A stretch of 64,000 bases of DNA. Origin: Actinomycetota bacterium (GTDB taxonomy: Bacteria > Actinomycetota > JAHEXW01). The stretch is taken from the NCBI GenBank assembly GCA_025355855.1, contig JANXYU010000003.1, forward strand, positions 88,713 through 152,712. The letters run 5' to 3'. This document shows positions 8,840 through 19,676 of the stretch, piece by piece. The notes beneath the pieces are model-generated. The model saw nothing but the letters and a program-made list of their open reading frames with translations. It had not been told where the DNA came from and ran no database searches. A program made the position numbers and the translations under genes. Position 1 is the stretch's first letter, and every line of letters begins with the position of its first letter.

Positions 8840-9518
8840 CGAGAAAGAAAATATCGGACCGCTGCTTGATCGCGTCGAGACAGTCATCGCGGACTCGGCT
8901 CTGACTTTAGATGTCGTTGTCGTCGATGATGGCTCCTTCGACACCACCGGATCGATCGCGGCGGACAAGGCGGCAAAATACGGTAACGTCAATGTGGTCA
9001 CCCACGAGGTAAATAAGGGCTTTGCCGCTGCGCTCAAGACCGGTATCGCCGCCGCACTGGCAGGCGGATACGACGCCGCTGTCTTTATGGACTGTGACCA
9101 GACACACGATCCCGCCGATTTGCCGGCCTTTCTTACGCAATTGGAACGCGGTACTGACCTGGTTATCGGCTCTCGTTATGTGGGAACCGGCGGGATGGTC
9201 GATGTCCCGTGGCACCGCGTGGCGATCAGCGTGCTCGGCAACGGTTTCGGCAAGCTTGTCTTTCGGCTCCCGGTCCGCGACGCTTCCAGCGGATATCGCG
9301 CTCTGAGCCGCAAGGCTATGGCATCGCTCCGCATCGCCTCCAATGATTTCAGCATCCAGGTCGAAGAGGTCCTGCGCGCCCGGCGGCTGGGTCTGACTTT
9401 CTCGGAGATACCCATAACTCTGGTGAATCGCAAACTAGGTTCGTCAAAATTCAATCTGAATATCTCGGCGCTGTGGCGCTATTTCTTATTAATGTTTAGG
9501 AGCCTGACATGGCGCTAA
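8820..9518 (+). CDS. family-2 glycosyltransferase of the polyprenol-phosphate sugar synthase type (DPM1/GtrB/ArnC-like), soluble form; start codon unresolved
   Basis: ...ALIIPAFNEKENIGPLLDRV...VVVVDDGSFDTT...FMDCDQTHDP...GSRYVG. The frame is open only from 8796 and has no ATG/GTG/TTG before 8994. The start is either CTG 8820 or a frameshift near the A5 run at 8810-8814. Confidence 0.65.
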   Translation: MIIPAFNEKENIGPLLDRVETVIADSALTLDVVVVDDGSFDTTGSIAADKAAKYGNVNVVTHEVNKGFAAALKTGIAAALAGGYDAAVFMDCDQTHDPADLPAFLTQLERGTDLVIGSRYVGTGGMVDVPWHRVAISVLGNGFGKLVFRLPVRDASSGYRALSRKAMASLRIASNDFSIQVEEVLRARRLGLTFSEIPITLVNRKLGSSKFNLNISALWRYFLLMFRSLTWR

Positions 9519-10642
9519 AGGTGATGGCCGTTTTTGGCACTCGGCCGGAAGCAATCAAGCTGGCGCCGGTTATCGACGAGTTACGGCAACGGGACGGGGT
9601 CGAATGTCGCGTCGTAGTCACGGCGCAGCATCGGGAGATGATCGACCAGGCTTTGAATATTTTCGAAATCCGGCCGGACGCGGACCTGAATATTATGCGC
9701 CCCGACCAGACGCTGGACGATGTCGTCTGCCGGGCGCTGGCCGGGATTGCGCCTGTCTTTGAAACCATGGAGCCGGATGTCGTTTTGGTCCAAGGAGACA
9801 CGACGAGCGCGCTGGCGATGGCTTTGGCCGCCAGTCACCGCGGCATCACCGTCGGCCACGTGGAAGCCGGCCTGCGCACCCACGACAAGGCGCACCCGTT
9901 TCCGGAAGAACTGAATCGTCAAATGATCGGCCGCCTGGCCGACCTCCATTTCGCCCCGACCGAGATCGCCCGCGATAATCTGCTGGCAGAAGGCATAGCG
10001 TCAGATCGCGTCTTCCTGACAGGCAACACAGTCGTTGACACGCTGCTCCGGCTATCAACCGAGATTAGAGAACCGGTGGACGATACGCTACGGCGAATTG
10101 ATTTCGATAAACAAAGGGTCATTCTCGTAACCGCGCACCGGCGCGAGAATTTCGGGGCGCCTCTCGAGCATATTGCGACCGCCGTTAGGCAAATCGCGGA
10201 GGAACATGCGGACGTCGAGATTGTCCTACCGGTACATCCGAACCCACGCGTTAGCGCGGTAATGCGCGCGGCGCTCGCTAACGTCGAACGCGTCCATTTG
10301 GTTAAACCACTAAACTACTCCGATCTAATCTGGGTCTTAGCGCGTTGCTATTTCGCCATGACGGATTCCGGCGGCATTCAGGAGGAAGCTCCGACTTTTA
10401 AGAAGCCCGTACTGGTTATGCGGGAGAAGACGGAGCGGCCTGAAGGTATTGAGGCCGGCGTTGCTAAAATCGTTGGGACGACCGTTTACCGCCTGGTCGG
10501 CGCGGCATCCGATTTGCTTAATAACGAAGGGGTCTACGCCAGCATGCGGGCCCGGAAGAACCCCTACGGCGACGGCCATGCCGCCGCCCGGATCGCCGAC
10601 ATTCTGCTCGAAACCCTATCAGATACTGCGAGAAAACTCTAA
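9509..10642 (+). CDS. wecB: UDP-N-acetylglucosamine 2-epimerase (non-hydrolysing)
   Basis: MALKVMAVFGTRPEAIKLAPV...HVEAGLRT...RENFG...TDSGGIQEEAP are typical WecB/MnaA family segments; 377 aa. Confidence 0.9.
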   Translation: MALKVMAVFGTRPEAIKLAPVIDELRQRDGVECRVVVTAQHREMIDQALNIFEIRPDADLNIMRPDQTLDDVVCRALAGIAPVFETMEPDVVLVQGDTTSALAMALAASHRGITVGHVEAGLRTHDKAHPFPEELNRQMIGRLADLHFAPTEIARDNLLAEGIASDRVFLTGNTVVDTLLRLSTEIREPVDDTLRRIDFDKQRVILVTAHRRENFGAPLEHIATAVRQIAEEHADVEIVLPVHPNPRVSAVMRAALANVERVHLVKPLNYSDLIWVLARCYFAMTDSGGIQEEAPTFKKPVLVMREKTERPEGIEAGVAKIVGTTVYRLVGAASDLLNNEGVYASMRARKNPYGDGHAAARIADILLETLSDTARKL

Positions 10643-10690
10643 CCAAACAGCTTTAGGTATTAGCAAAGATTTTTAGTTGCCCTGCTTTCG

Positions 10691-10790
10691 TGCTTTAAAG
10701 CGCTAAAGCGGCGCTACTTCAGCGCTACGTAGCGCTGAAGTGTTTCGTGCACAGGACTCACTTCACCGCTATGTAGCGGTGAAGTGGAAC
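10691..10790. repeat. palindromic repeat cluster (CTTTAAAG and AGCGCT cores; perfect 24-bp palindrome CTTCAGCGCTACGTAGCGCTGAAG at 10717..10740; variant CTTCACCGCTATGTAGCGGTGAAG at 10761..10784)
   Basis: Read directly. Lies between convergent wecB and the nfnB-like gene. The same family recurs at 28398-28520, 36127-36156 and 49578-49601. Confidence 0.8.
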
Positions 10791-10833
10791 AATAGACGGG
10801 AGCGCGCTTGTACAGGGGAAAGCAAGGCGGTGG

Positions 10834-12270
10834 TTACGGACGGGGTTGTTGCAGATATGCGTCAATGGATTTGGCGGCGCGTTTACCGGCGCCCATTGCC
10901 GCGATAACCGTCGCGCTGCCGGTGACTATATCACCGCCAGCGAAAACGCCCGGGAGGCTGGTCTGGCCGGTGGCTTCGGCCGCCGCTATATAACCGCGGT
11001 CGGTAAGGTTTAAACCGGGGGTCGCGTTACCGATGAGCGGGTTGGCGCGGGTGCCGATGGCCATAATCACCGTGTCGACGTCTAACACAAACTCCGAACC
11101 GACTACCTCGAAAGGACGACGGCGACCGCTGGCGTCGGGCTCACCCAGCTCCATAGTTATACAACTAAGTCCGGAGACTCGGCCGCTGTCGTCTCCCAAA
11201 ATCTCGATTGGGTTGTTTAGCAGTTTGAACTCGATACCTTCATCCCCGGCGTGGTGAACCTCTTCGGCGCGGGCGGGCAACTCTTCGAGGCTCCGCCGGT
11301 AAACAAGATAGACATGTTCCGCGCCAAGGCGCATCGCGACGCGCGCGCTATCGATTGCGACATTGCCGCCGCCGACAACCGCGACATTCTTCCCGCGGGC
11401 GATGGGGGTGTCATATTCGGGGAATAAATAAGCTTTCATGAGATTGGCTCGAGTCAGAAACTCATTAGCGGAATAGACGCCGTTCAGATTCTCGCCGGGA
11501 ATGTTCATGAACATGGGAAATCCCGCACCTGACGCGATAAAGACGGCGTCGTAGCCATGGTCAGACATTAGTTCCTTAACACCGAATAAATGGCCGATCA
11601 CGGCGTCTGTTCTAATCTCGACGCCCAGGCCTTTTATGTACTCGACCTCGCTTTTAACGATGTCTTTAGGCAAACGGAATTCGGGGATGCCGTAGACAAG
11701 CACCCCACCCGGCTCGTGCAGCGCCTCGAACAGTGTCACCGCATAACCCAGCCGCGCCAAATCGCTGGCGCACGTCAGTCCGCCGGGTCCGGAGCCGACA
11801 ACGGCGACTTTCTTGTTAGACGCGAGGCGTGAGACGCGAGGCGTGAGTTGCCTTCCGGCTTGTTCTCGCTCATAGTCAGCCACAAATCTCTCCAAGCGGC
11901 CAATAGCCAGCGGCTCGAAACGTTTGCCGAGAACGCAGCCGTTCTCGCATTGCTTCTCTTGCGGACAAACTCGGCCGCAAACCGCGGGCAGAGCGTTATT
12001 TTCTTTTATCTTTTGGGATGCTTCGGCAAACTTGCCCTCTTTGACCAGAGCGACAAATTCCGGGATAGGTACCTCAACAGGACACCCTGCCTGGCAAGTC
12101 GGTTTACGACAGCTAAGGCAGCGGGCGGCTTCCGCCAGCGCGTCTTCTTCTGAATAGCCCAGCGCGACTTCCTCGAAATTGCGAGCGCGCCTCTTGGGGT
12201 CCTGTTCCGGCATCGGTCGGCGCGACTGCTTGGGAGAGGGCGCGCGCTTTTCTATTTCTGACACTGGCAT
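10834..12270 (-). CDS. NADPH-dependent glutamate-synthase-small-subunit-like flavoprotein (NfnB/SudA-type)
   Basis: N-terminal 2x Fe-S Cys clusters (CLSCRKPTCQAGCPVEVPIP..., CGRVCPQEKQCENGC) and two Rossmann motifs (VAVVGSGPGGL, VAVVGGGNVAID). Confidence 0.75.
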   Translation of the reverse strand: MPVSEIEKRAPSPKQSRRPMPEQDPKRRARNFEEVALGYSEEDALAEAARCLSCRKPTCQAGCPVEVPIPEFVALVKEGKFAEASQKIKENNALPAVCGRVCPQEKQCENGCVLGKRFEPLAIGRLERFVADYEREQAGRQLTPRVSRLASNKKVAVVGSGPGGLTCASDLARLGYAVTLFEALHEPGGVLVYGIPEFRLPKDIVKSEVEYIKGLGVEIRTDAVIGHLFGVKELMSDHGYDAVFIASGAGFPMFMNIPGENLNGVYSANEFLTRANLMKAYLFPEYDTPIARGKNVAVVGGGNVAIDSARVAMRLGAEHVYLVYRRSLEELPARAEEVHHAGDEGIEFKLLNNPIEILGDDSGRVSGLSCITMELGEPDASGRRRPFEVVGSEFVLDVDTVIMAIGTRANPLIGNATPGLNLTDRGYIAAAEATGQTSLPGVFAGGDIVTGSATVIAAMGAGKRAAKSIDAYLQQPRP

Positions 12271-13100
12271 GCCTCCCCGCCGTGATAATGGTCCAAGGCC
12301 AAACGTTCTTGTTCCACATAGCCGCGCAGACGCATCGCCAACTGATCGAAGTTAACGGCGTGACCGTCGAACTCGGGCCCGTCGGCACAGGCGAATTTTG
12401 TCTCTCCGGCGACTTCGATGCGGCAGGCGCCGCACATCCCGGTGCCGTCAACCATGATGCAATTGAGGCTGACAACTGTTTTGACCCCGAACGGACGCGT
12501 CGTATCGGCGCAAAACTTCATCATTGGCCCCGGCCCGATGGCCACGACCAGGTCGATGTCTTGACGTTTTTCGAGGGTCTCCTTGAGAGGTTCGGTGACA
12601 AGAGCGCACCGGCCCCAGGTGCCGTCGTCGGTCGTGGTGATAAACTTGTCGCAGACTGAGGCTAGTTTGTCTTCCATGATCATAAGGTCTTTGGTGCGGC
12701 AACCGATGATTCCGATCACATGATTGCCCGCGTCGCGCATTGCCCTGGCAATCGGATATACGGGGGCGATGCCGACACCTCCGCCGATGACGATAACATT
12801 TTTGCCGACGGGAATGTGGCTCGGCCGACCCAACGGGCCGGCCAGATCCAAAAGAGCTCCGCCGGCGTCGTAGCAAGCGGCCAGTTCTTCGGTCGTTTTA
12901 CCGACGACCTGGAAAACGATGTCGACCGTCCCGGCCGCGGCGTCGAAATCGGCGATGGTCAAAGGAATGCGCTCGCCTCGTTCGTCTAAACGCAATATGA
13001 CGAATTGTCCGGCCTGCGCGGCGCGGGCAATGTCGGGCGCTTCCACCGTATACTGGTATATGCCATCCGCCAGTTGCTCCTTCTTAAGGATGCTGAACAA
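12252..13100 (-). CDS. ferredoxin-NADP reductase-like subunit with C-terminal [2Fe-2S] (NfnA/SudB-type)
   Basis: FAD/NAD-binding PDR-like fold (VILRLDERGERIPLTIADFD...IIGGGVGIAPVYPI) and a C-terminal Cys cluster CIMVDGTGMCGACR...C. Overlaps the NfnB-like gene by 19 nt. Confidence 0.75.
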   Translation of the reverse strand: MFSILKKEQLADGIYQYTVEAPDIARAAQAGQFVILRLDERGERIPLTIADFDAAAGTVDIVFQVVGKTTEELAACYDAGGALLDLAGPLGRPSHIPVGKNVIVIGGGVGIAPVYPIARAMRDAGNHVIGIIGCRTKDLMIMEDKLASVCDKFITTTDDGTWGRCALVTEPLKETLEKRQDIDLVVAIGPGPMMKFCADTTRPFGVKTVVSLNCIMVDGTGMCGACRIEVAGETKFACADGPEFDGHAVNFDQLAMRLRGYVEQERLALDHYHGGEACQCQK

Positions 13101-13138
13101 GTGCCTCGCGCCTCGCTTAGTCTTATCGACAGTACTAG

Positions 13139-15604
13139 TTATGCTTTCTTGGCCGCCGCGGGCTTGCGGGCGGCTTTACGCGTAAAGACGATCTGGTTAT
13201 CTTTTATGTCGGTCACTATAGTGTCGCCGACATCGAACACTTTGCGCAATATCTCTTTGCTTAACGGTCCCTCGATATCATGTTGGATTACCCGTCGCAA
13301 CGGGCGGGCGCCGTATTCAGATTCCTCCGCCATTGAGGCGATCTTCTCAGTCACGGCGTCGGTGACCTCTAACCTATAGCCGAGCATCGCGACCTCTTCC
13401 TTGACTCGCCCAAGCATCAAACGGACAATCTGCTGCAAGCTATCCAGCGTCAAGCTGTCGAAAACGACGATGTCGTCGACCCTGTTTAAGAATTCGGGGC
13501 TGAAGGCTGACTTCAAGTCGTTGAGCAACTTGTCGCGCATGTCTTCAAACTGGCCCGCTCGGTCGATCTCGCCCGCCTTGAAGCCCATCGGCCCGTTCGT
13601 CCGGTTAATGTCCCGCGCGCCCACATTGCTGGTCATAATGATCAGCGTGTTCTTGAAATCAACGGTGCGCCCCTGTGCGTCTGTCAGACGACCGTCCTCT
13701 AGTATCTGAAGCAGGGCGTTAAACACGTCTGGGTGGGCCTTCTCTATCTCGTCCAGCAAAACAACCGAATAGGCCCGGCGGCGGACCGCTTCCGTCAGCT
13801 GGCCGCCCTCCTCGTAACCGATGTAGCCAGGAGGCGCGCCGACCAGGCGCGATACCGTGTGCCGCTCTTGATATTCACTCATATCGAGACGAACCATCGC
13901 GTTTTCGTCATCGAACAGGAACTCCGCCAGCGCCTTTGTTAGTTCTGTCTTGCCGACCCCGGTCGGGCCGAGGAAGATGAAAGAACCGATCGGGCGGTTG
14001 GGATCCTTCAATCCGGCGCGCGCCCGCCGTACCGCTTCGCTTACCGCGCTGACGGCGTCGTCCTGGCCGATGATCCGGCTATGTAATACTTCCTCCATCT
14101 TAAGTAGCTTGGTAATCTCTTCTTCCATCATGCGGGACACCGGCACACCGGTCCAAGTGCTGACCACTTGAGCAATCTCATCCTCCCCGATTGTGATGCC
14201 CTCCATGCCCTTCTCCTTCAGCCAGGCTTCGCGCATGTCTTGAAATTCCTTTTGCACTTGGTCGGTCTCGGTACGAAGTTGAGCCGCTTTCTCAAAGTCG
14301 CGGGCTTGCACCGCTTCTTCGCCGGCGGTTGTTAAGGCACGCAGTTTTTTGTCTACTTTCCTTAGCTCCGGCGGATACATGATCGCTTCGATGCGCATCT
14401 TACTGGAAGCCTCGTCGATTAAGTCGATTGCCTTATCGGGCAAGAATCGGTCACTCACATAACGATGTGAAAGATTGGCCGCCGCTATCAAGGCTTCGTC
14501 GCTGATGCGGACGCCGTGGTGTTCCTCATATTTCTCGCGGATGCCCCGCAGGATGTCGATTGTCTCGGCCACCGTCGGTTCATCGACAAAGACAGGCTGA
14601 AAACGCCGCTCCAGGGCCGGATCCTTTTCAATGTATTTCTTGTATTCATCCAGTGTAGTGGCTCCGACGCATTGCAGTTCTCCTCGCGCGAGCGCGGGTT
14701 TCAGGATGTTGCTGGCGTCTATAGCGCCCTCGGCCGCGCCGGCTCCGACGACGGTATGCAGCTCGTCAATGAACAGGATAATTTCGCCGGACGCTTTACG
14801 CACCTCTTCGACGGCGCCTTTCAAACGCTCCTCGAATTCGCCGCGATACTTGGCGCCGGCGATCATGCCGGCTAGATCGAGACTCATGACGCGTTTGCCC
14901 CGCAGGATATCGGGAATCTCGCCGCTGATTATGTCTTGCGCCAAGCCCTCAATGATGGCCGTTTTGCCCACACCTGGCTCGCCGATTAATACGGGGTTAT
15001 TCTTGGTCCGCCGGCTAAGAATCTGAATGACGCGTTTGATTTCGTCACTGCGTCCGATGACCGGGTCAAGCTTGTCTTCCTCGGCCAATAATGTGATGTC
15101 GCGCGCATACTTTTTCAACATGACGAACCGTCCGGTGCCTTCGCCCTGGCTGCCGCGAATGATGTTTAACGATTGATAGATCTTTTCCGGCGTCAGCCCT
15201 AGGTCCTTCAGGACAAGTGCGCCGGCGCCTTCGCCTTCCTTTAAAACGCCCAACAATAAATGCTCGGTGCCGATGACGTCATCGCCCAAGGTCTGGGTCT
15301 CCTCAAAGGCTAAGTCCATGGCTTTCTTCGCCCTGGGGCTGATAAACAGCGACCCGACCGCTCCGCCTGTCTCTTCCCGGGCGCGCTGGCCTCCCGACAG
15401 CTGAACCGCCTGATTGGCCCGGGTACGCGCCTCACCGATGTCGATTTTGGTGAACTCGAGGATCTGGGTGACCACTCCGTCGGTATCGGCTAGCAAGCCG
15501 ACCAGGAGATGTTCGGTACCCAGCTGGTTGGAGCCGGATTCCCGCAAAACGTCCTGGGCCAGCGCTATCGCTTCTTGCGCTTTATCCGTGAATTTATTGA
15601 ACAT
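13139..15604 (-). CDS. clpB: ATP-dependent chaperone ClpB
   Basis: Two AAA+ modules ([20 protein letters not shown]), a middle coiled-coil region and a Clp N-domain; 821 aa. Confidence 0.95.
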   Translation of the reverse strand: MFNKFTDKAQEAIALAQDVLRESGSNQLGTEHLLVGLLADTDGVVTQILEFTKIDIGEARTRANQAVQLSGGQRAREETGGAVGSLFISPRAKKAMDLAFEETQTLGDDVIGTEHLLLGVLKEGEGAGALVLKDLGLTPEKIYQSLNIIRGSQGEGTGRFVMLKKYARDITLLAEEDKLDPVIGRSDEIKRVIQILSRRTKNNPVLIGEPGVGKTAIIEGLAQDIISGEIPDILRGKRVMSLDLAGMIAGAKYRGEFEERLKGAVEEVRKASGEIILFIDELHTVVGAGAAEGAIDASNILKPALARGELQCVGATTLDEYKKYIEKDPALERRFQPVFVDEPTVAETIDILRGIREKYEEHHGVRISDEALIAAANLSHRYVSDRFLPDKAIDLIDEASSKMRIEAIMYPPELRKVDKKLRALTTAGEEAVQARDFEKAAQLRTETDQVQKEFQDMREAWLKEKGMEGITIGEDEIAQVVSTWTGVPVSRMMEEEITKLLKMEEVLHSRIIGQDDAVSAVSEAVRRARAGLKDPNRPIGSFIFLGPTGVGKTELTKALAEFLFDDENAMVRLDMSEYQERHTVSRLVGAPPGYIGYEEGGQLTEAVRRRAYSVVLLDEIEKAHPDVFNALLQILEDGRLTDAQGRTVDFKNTLIIMTSNVGARDINRTNGPMGFKAGEIDRAGQFEDMRDKLLNDLKSAFSPEFLNRVDDIVVFDSLTLDSLQQIVRLMLGRVKEEVAMLGYRLEVTDAVTEKIASMAEESEYGARPLRRVIQHDIEGPLSKEILRKVFDVGDTIVTDIKDNQIVFTRKAARKPAAAKKA

Positions 15605-15616
15605 GTCGAATCACTC

Positions 15617-16015
15617 CTATATAGACATCAAACCGCCCGGTCGATGCCGAACGATTTCTCTGGAATAGCTTCTCTTTATCCGGTCGATCTCTCGCTCCAT
15701 CTCCGTCTCCAGCACAGACCTTTTGTCTTCGATTTCGTCGACCAGTTCTTCTAAATCGCTTAACCTCTCCCGCATTTCGATAATCATCCGCACACCCGCC
15801 AGGTTTACCCCAAAGACCTGCGTTAGCTCTTGGATCTCGCGTAACCTCGCGATATCCACATCGGAATAACGTCGGCTGTGGCCGCCGGTCCGCTGCGGGC
15901 GCAATAAACCCTCGCGCTCATACAAGCGCAGAGTCTGTGGATGCATCCCGACCAACTCAGCCGCTACGCTGATAACATAGACGGCGCCTTGTCGCCTGCG
16001 GTCATTTTCAGCCAT
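15617..16015 (-). CDS. hspR: heat-shock repressor HspR (MerR family)
   Basis: MerR-type HTH ([26 protein letters not shown]), placed between dnaJ and clpB as in actinobacterial dnaK operons. Confidence 0.85.
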   Translation of the reverse strand: MAENDRRRQGAVYVISVAAELVGMHPQTLRLYEREGLLRPQRTGGHSRRYSDVDIARLREIQELTQVFGVNLAGVRMIIEMRERLSDLEELVDEIEDKRSVLETEMEREIDRIKRSYSREIVRHRPGGLMSI

Positions 16016-17116
16016 TTATTTCAACCCCTTGCGGATATCTTCCGGACTTGCTTTCTTGAGCTTGGTCAGCAGTTCCTTTTCTTCCGCATTCAGTTTTCCG
16101 GGAACCACGACTGTCAGCTTTACAAACATATCGCCTCGGCCTAAACCGCGCAGCCGCGGGGCGCCCTTGCCGCCCACCCGCAGCACTTGGTCTGCCTGGG
16201 ATCCGGCCGGAACCTTTAAAGTGATGTGGCCGGTCAGGGTGGGAACAGATATCTTCGCGCCCAAAGCCAGCTCCGGGTACGTTACCGGCAGATCCAGCCA
16301 GACATCGGCGTGATCGCGCCGGAAATATTTATGCGGCGCGACTTGCGTAACAACGTATAGATTGCCCGCCGGGCCACCGCGTAAACCCGCTTCGCCTTTG
16401 CCTTTGACGCGGATGGTCGAACCGTTCTCTACGCCCGCCGGAATCTTCACGGTCAGATTCTCGGTCATGTTGACTCTAGCCCGGCCCCGACAATCGGGAC
16501 ACGGCTCTTCGATGATCTGACCGGTGCCGGCGCAATTGTGGCAGGGCTGTTGAATGCTGAAAAACCCTTGCGTGTTGGAAACAACCCCGCGCCCTCCGCA
16601 GGCCTGACAGGCTTTGGCGGAAGTACCGGGCTTGGCGCCTGTGGCGTTACAAGTTTTACAGTCAACCTCGTGAGCCACGTCTATCCGGACCGCCGTTCCG
16701 TTAACCGCGTCGTCGAAATTAAGCCGCAAGTTATACTGGATGTCGCGGCCGCGCTCCGGTCCTCTGGTGCGCGCCCTGCCGCCGCCGCCGCCGAACATGT
16801 CAAAGATATCACCGAAGTCAAAGCCTCCGGCGTTAAACCCGCCGAACCCGGCTCCGTAGTCTTGTCCGGCGCCCGGACCGCCGCCAGGACCTCCGGCTCC
16901 AAAGAACCGCACCCCGTTGTCATAGTCGGACCGTTTCTTGGTATCGCTCAAAACCTCGTAGGCTTGCGAGATTTCCTTAAACTTCTCCTCGGCCGCTTTG
17001 TTGTCCGGGTTAGCGTCAGGATGATGTTGCCGGGCTAAATTACGGTAAGCCTTCTTTATTTCCTCGGGGCTGGCATCCTTCCCGACGCCTAGTAACGCGT
17101 AGTAATCCTCCGCCAT
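16016..17116 (-). CDS. dnaJ: molecular chaperone DnaJ
   Basis: J-domain with HPD (DYYALLGV...HPDAN), G/F-rich region, four CxxCxGxG zinc-finger repeats. Confidence 0.95.
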   Translation of the reverse strand: MAEDYYALLGVGKDASPEEIKKAYRNLARQHHPDANPDNKAAEEKFKEISQAYEVLSDTKKRSDYDNGVRFFGAGGPGGGPGAGQDYGAGFGGFNAGGFDFGDIFDMFGGGGGRARTRGPERGRDIQYNLRLNFDDAVNGTAVRIDVAHEVDCKTCNATGAKPGTSAKACQACGGRGVVSNTQGFFSIQQPCHNCAGTGQIIEEPCPDCRGRARVNMTENLTVKIPAGVENGSTIRVKGKGEAGLRGGPAGNLYVVTQVAPHKYFRRDHADVWLDLPVTYPELALGAKISVPTLTGHITLKVPAGSQADQVLRVGGKGAPRLRGLGRGDMFVKLTVVVPGKLNAEEKELLTKLKKASPEDIRKGLK

Positions 17117-17700
17117 CAGGGGTTCCTGCTAATCTTAACCATGGCCGGCCGTAGAACCGTGTCGCCCAGCCGGTACCCCTGGCGCAATACCTCGATTACC
17201 TGTTCGTCCTCGTGTGCATCCGATGGTTCTTGCATAATCGCTTCATGCGAGTGGGGGTCAAACGGCAGACCTTCCGCTTCGATTACTGAGACGCCCTCAT
17301 CCTCTAGAGCTTTCATAAAGTGAGCGCGAATCATTACCAGGCCTTCGGTATATTTACCGGCGACCTCGTCCCTGAGAGCCGCGTCTATCGCCCGGTCGAA
17401 ATCGTCTATGACCGGAAGCAAGCGTTTAATAAGATTGACCGACGCCCGGCCGGCACTCTCGATCCTCTCGCGCTCCGTGCGTTTGCGGTAGTTATCGAAC
17501 TCCGCGCGCGCGCGCAGCACGTCGTCTTCGGCTATCTGGCACCGCTGCTCGTAGTCGGCTAGCTTTGCCAGCATCTCGTTCGCTTTTTTCGTCGCGATTG
17601 AGTATGCCGACGGCTTTCGTTCGCCTTTGTCCGGGCGCGCAGCACCGCGACTTACTCGGCCATCCTTGTTGTCTCTTCGCTCGTCATATTTATCCGGCAT
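17116..17700 (-). CDS. grpE: nucleotide exchange factor GrpE
   Basis: GrpE family C-terminal region ([17 protein letters not shown]...[10 protein letters not shown]...[17 protein letters not shown]). Confidence 0.9.
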   Translation of the reverse strand: MPDKYDERRDNKDGRVSRGAARPDKGERKPSAYSIATKKANEMLAKLADYEQRCQIAEDDVLRARAEFDNYRKRTERERIESAGRASVNLIKRLLPVIDDFDRAIDAALRDEVAGKYTEGLVMIRAHFMKALEDEGVSVIEAEGLPFDPHSHEAIMQEPSDAHEDEQVIEVLRQGYRLGDTVLRPAMVKISRNP

Positions 17701-17702
17701 GG

Positions 17703-19556
<1,854 letters not shown>

Positions 19557-19583
19557 TCAAGGTAATAATCTGCTTAGATACTA

Positions 19584-19613
19584 ATCATATTAGTTGAGTC
19601 TATTGTTGTCAAG
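19584..19613 (-). promoter_or_regulatory. sigma-70-type promoter of the dnaK operon (TTGACA-17 nt-TATGAT) overlapped by a HAIR-like inverted repeat CTTGACA-N7-ACTCAAC (candidate HspR operator)
   Basis: Read on the minus strand. The -35 element is at 19612..19607 and the -10 at 19589..19584. The inverted repeat spans 19593..19613. The HAIR consensus is CTTGAGT-N7-ACTCAAG. Confidence 0.45.
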
Positions 19614-19676
19614 TATACTAGACGCGGCTTCGCCATAAGATCTGTTGTCGGATTTGTGAGCGGAGTGGTTCTTGGT

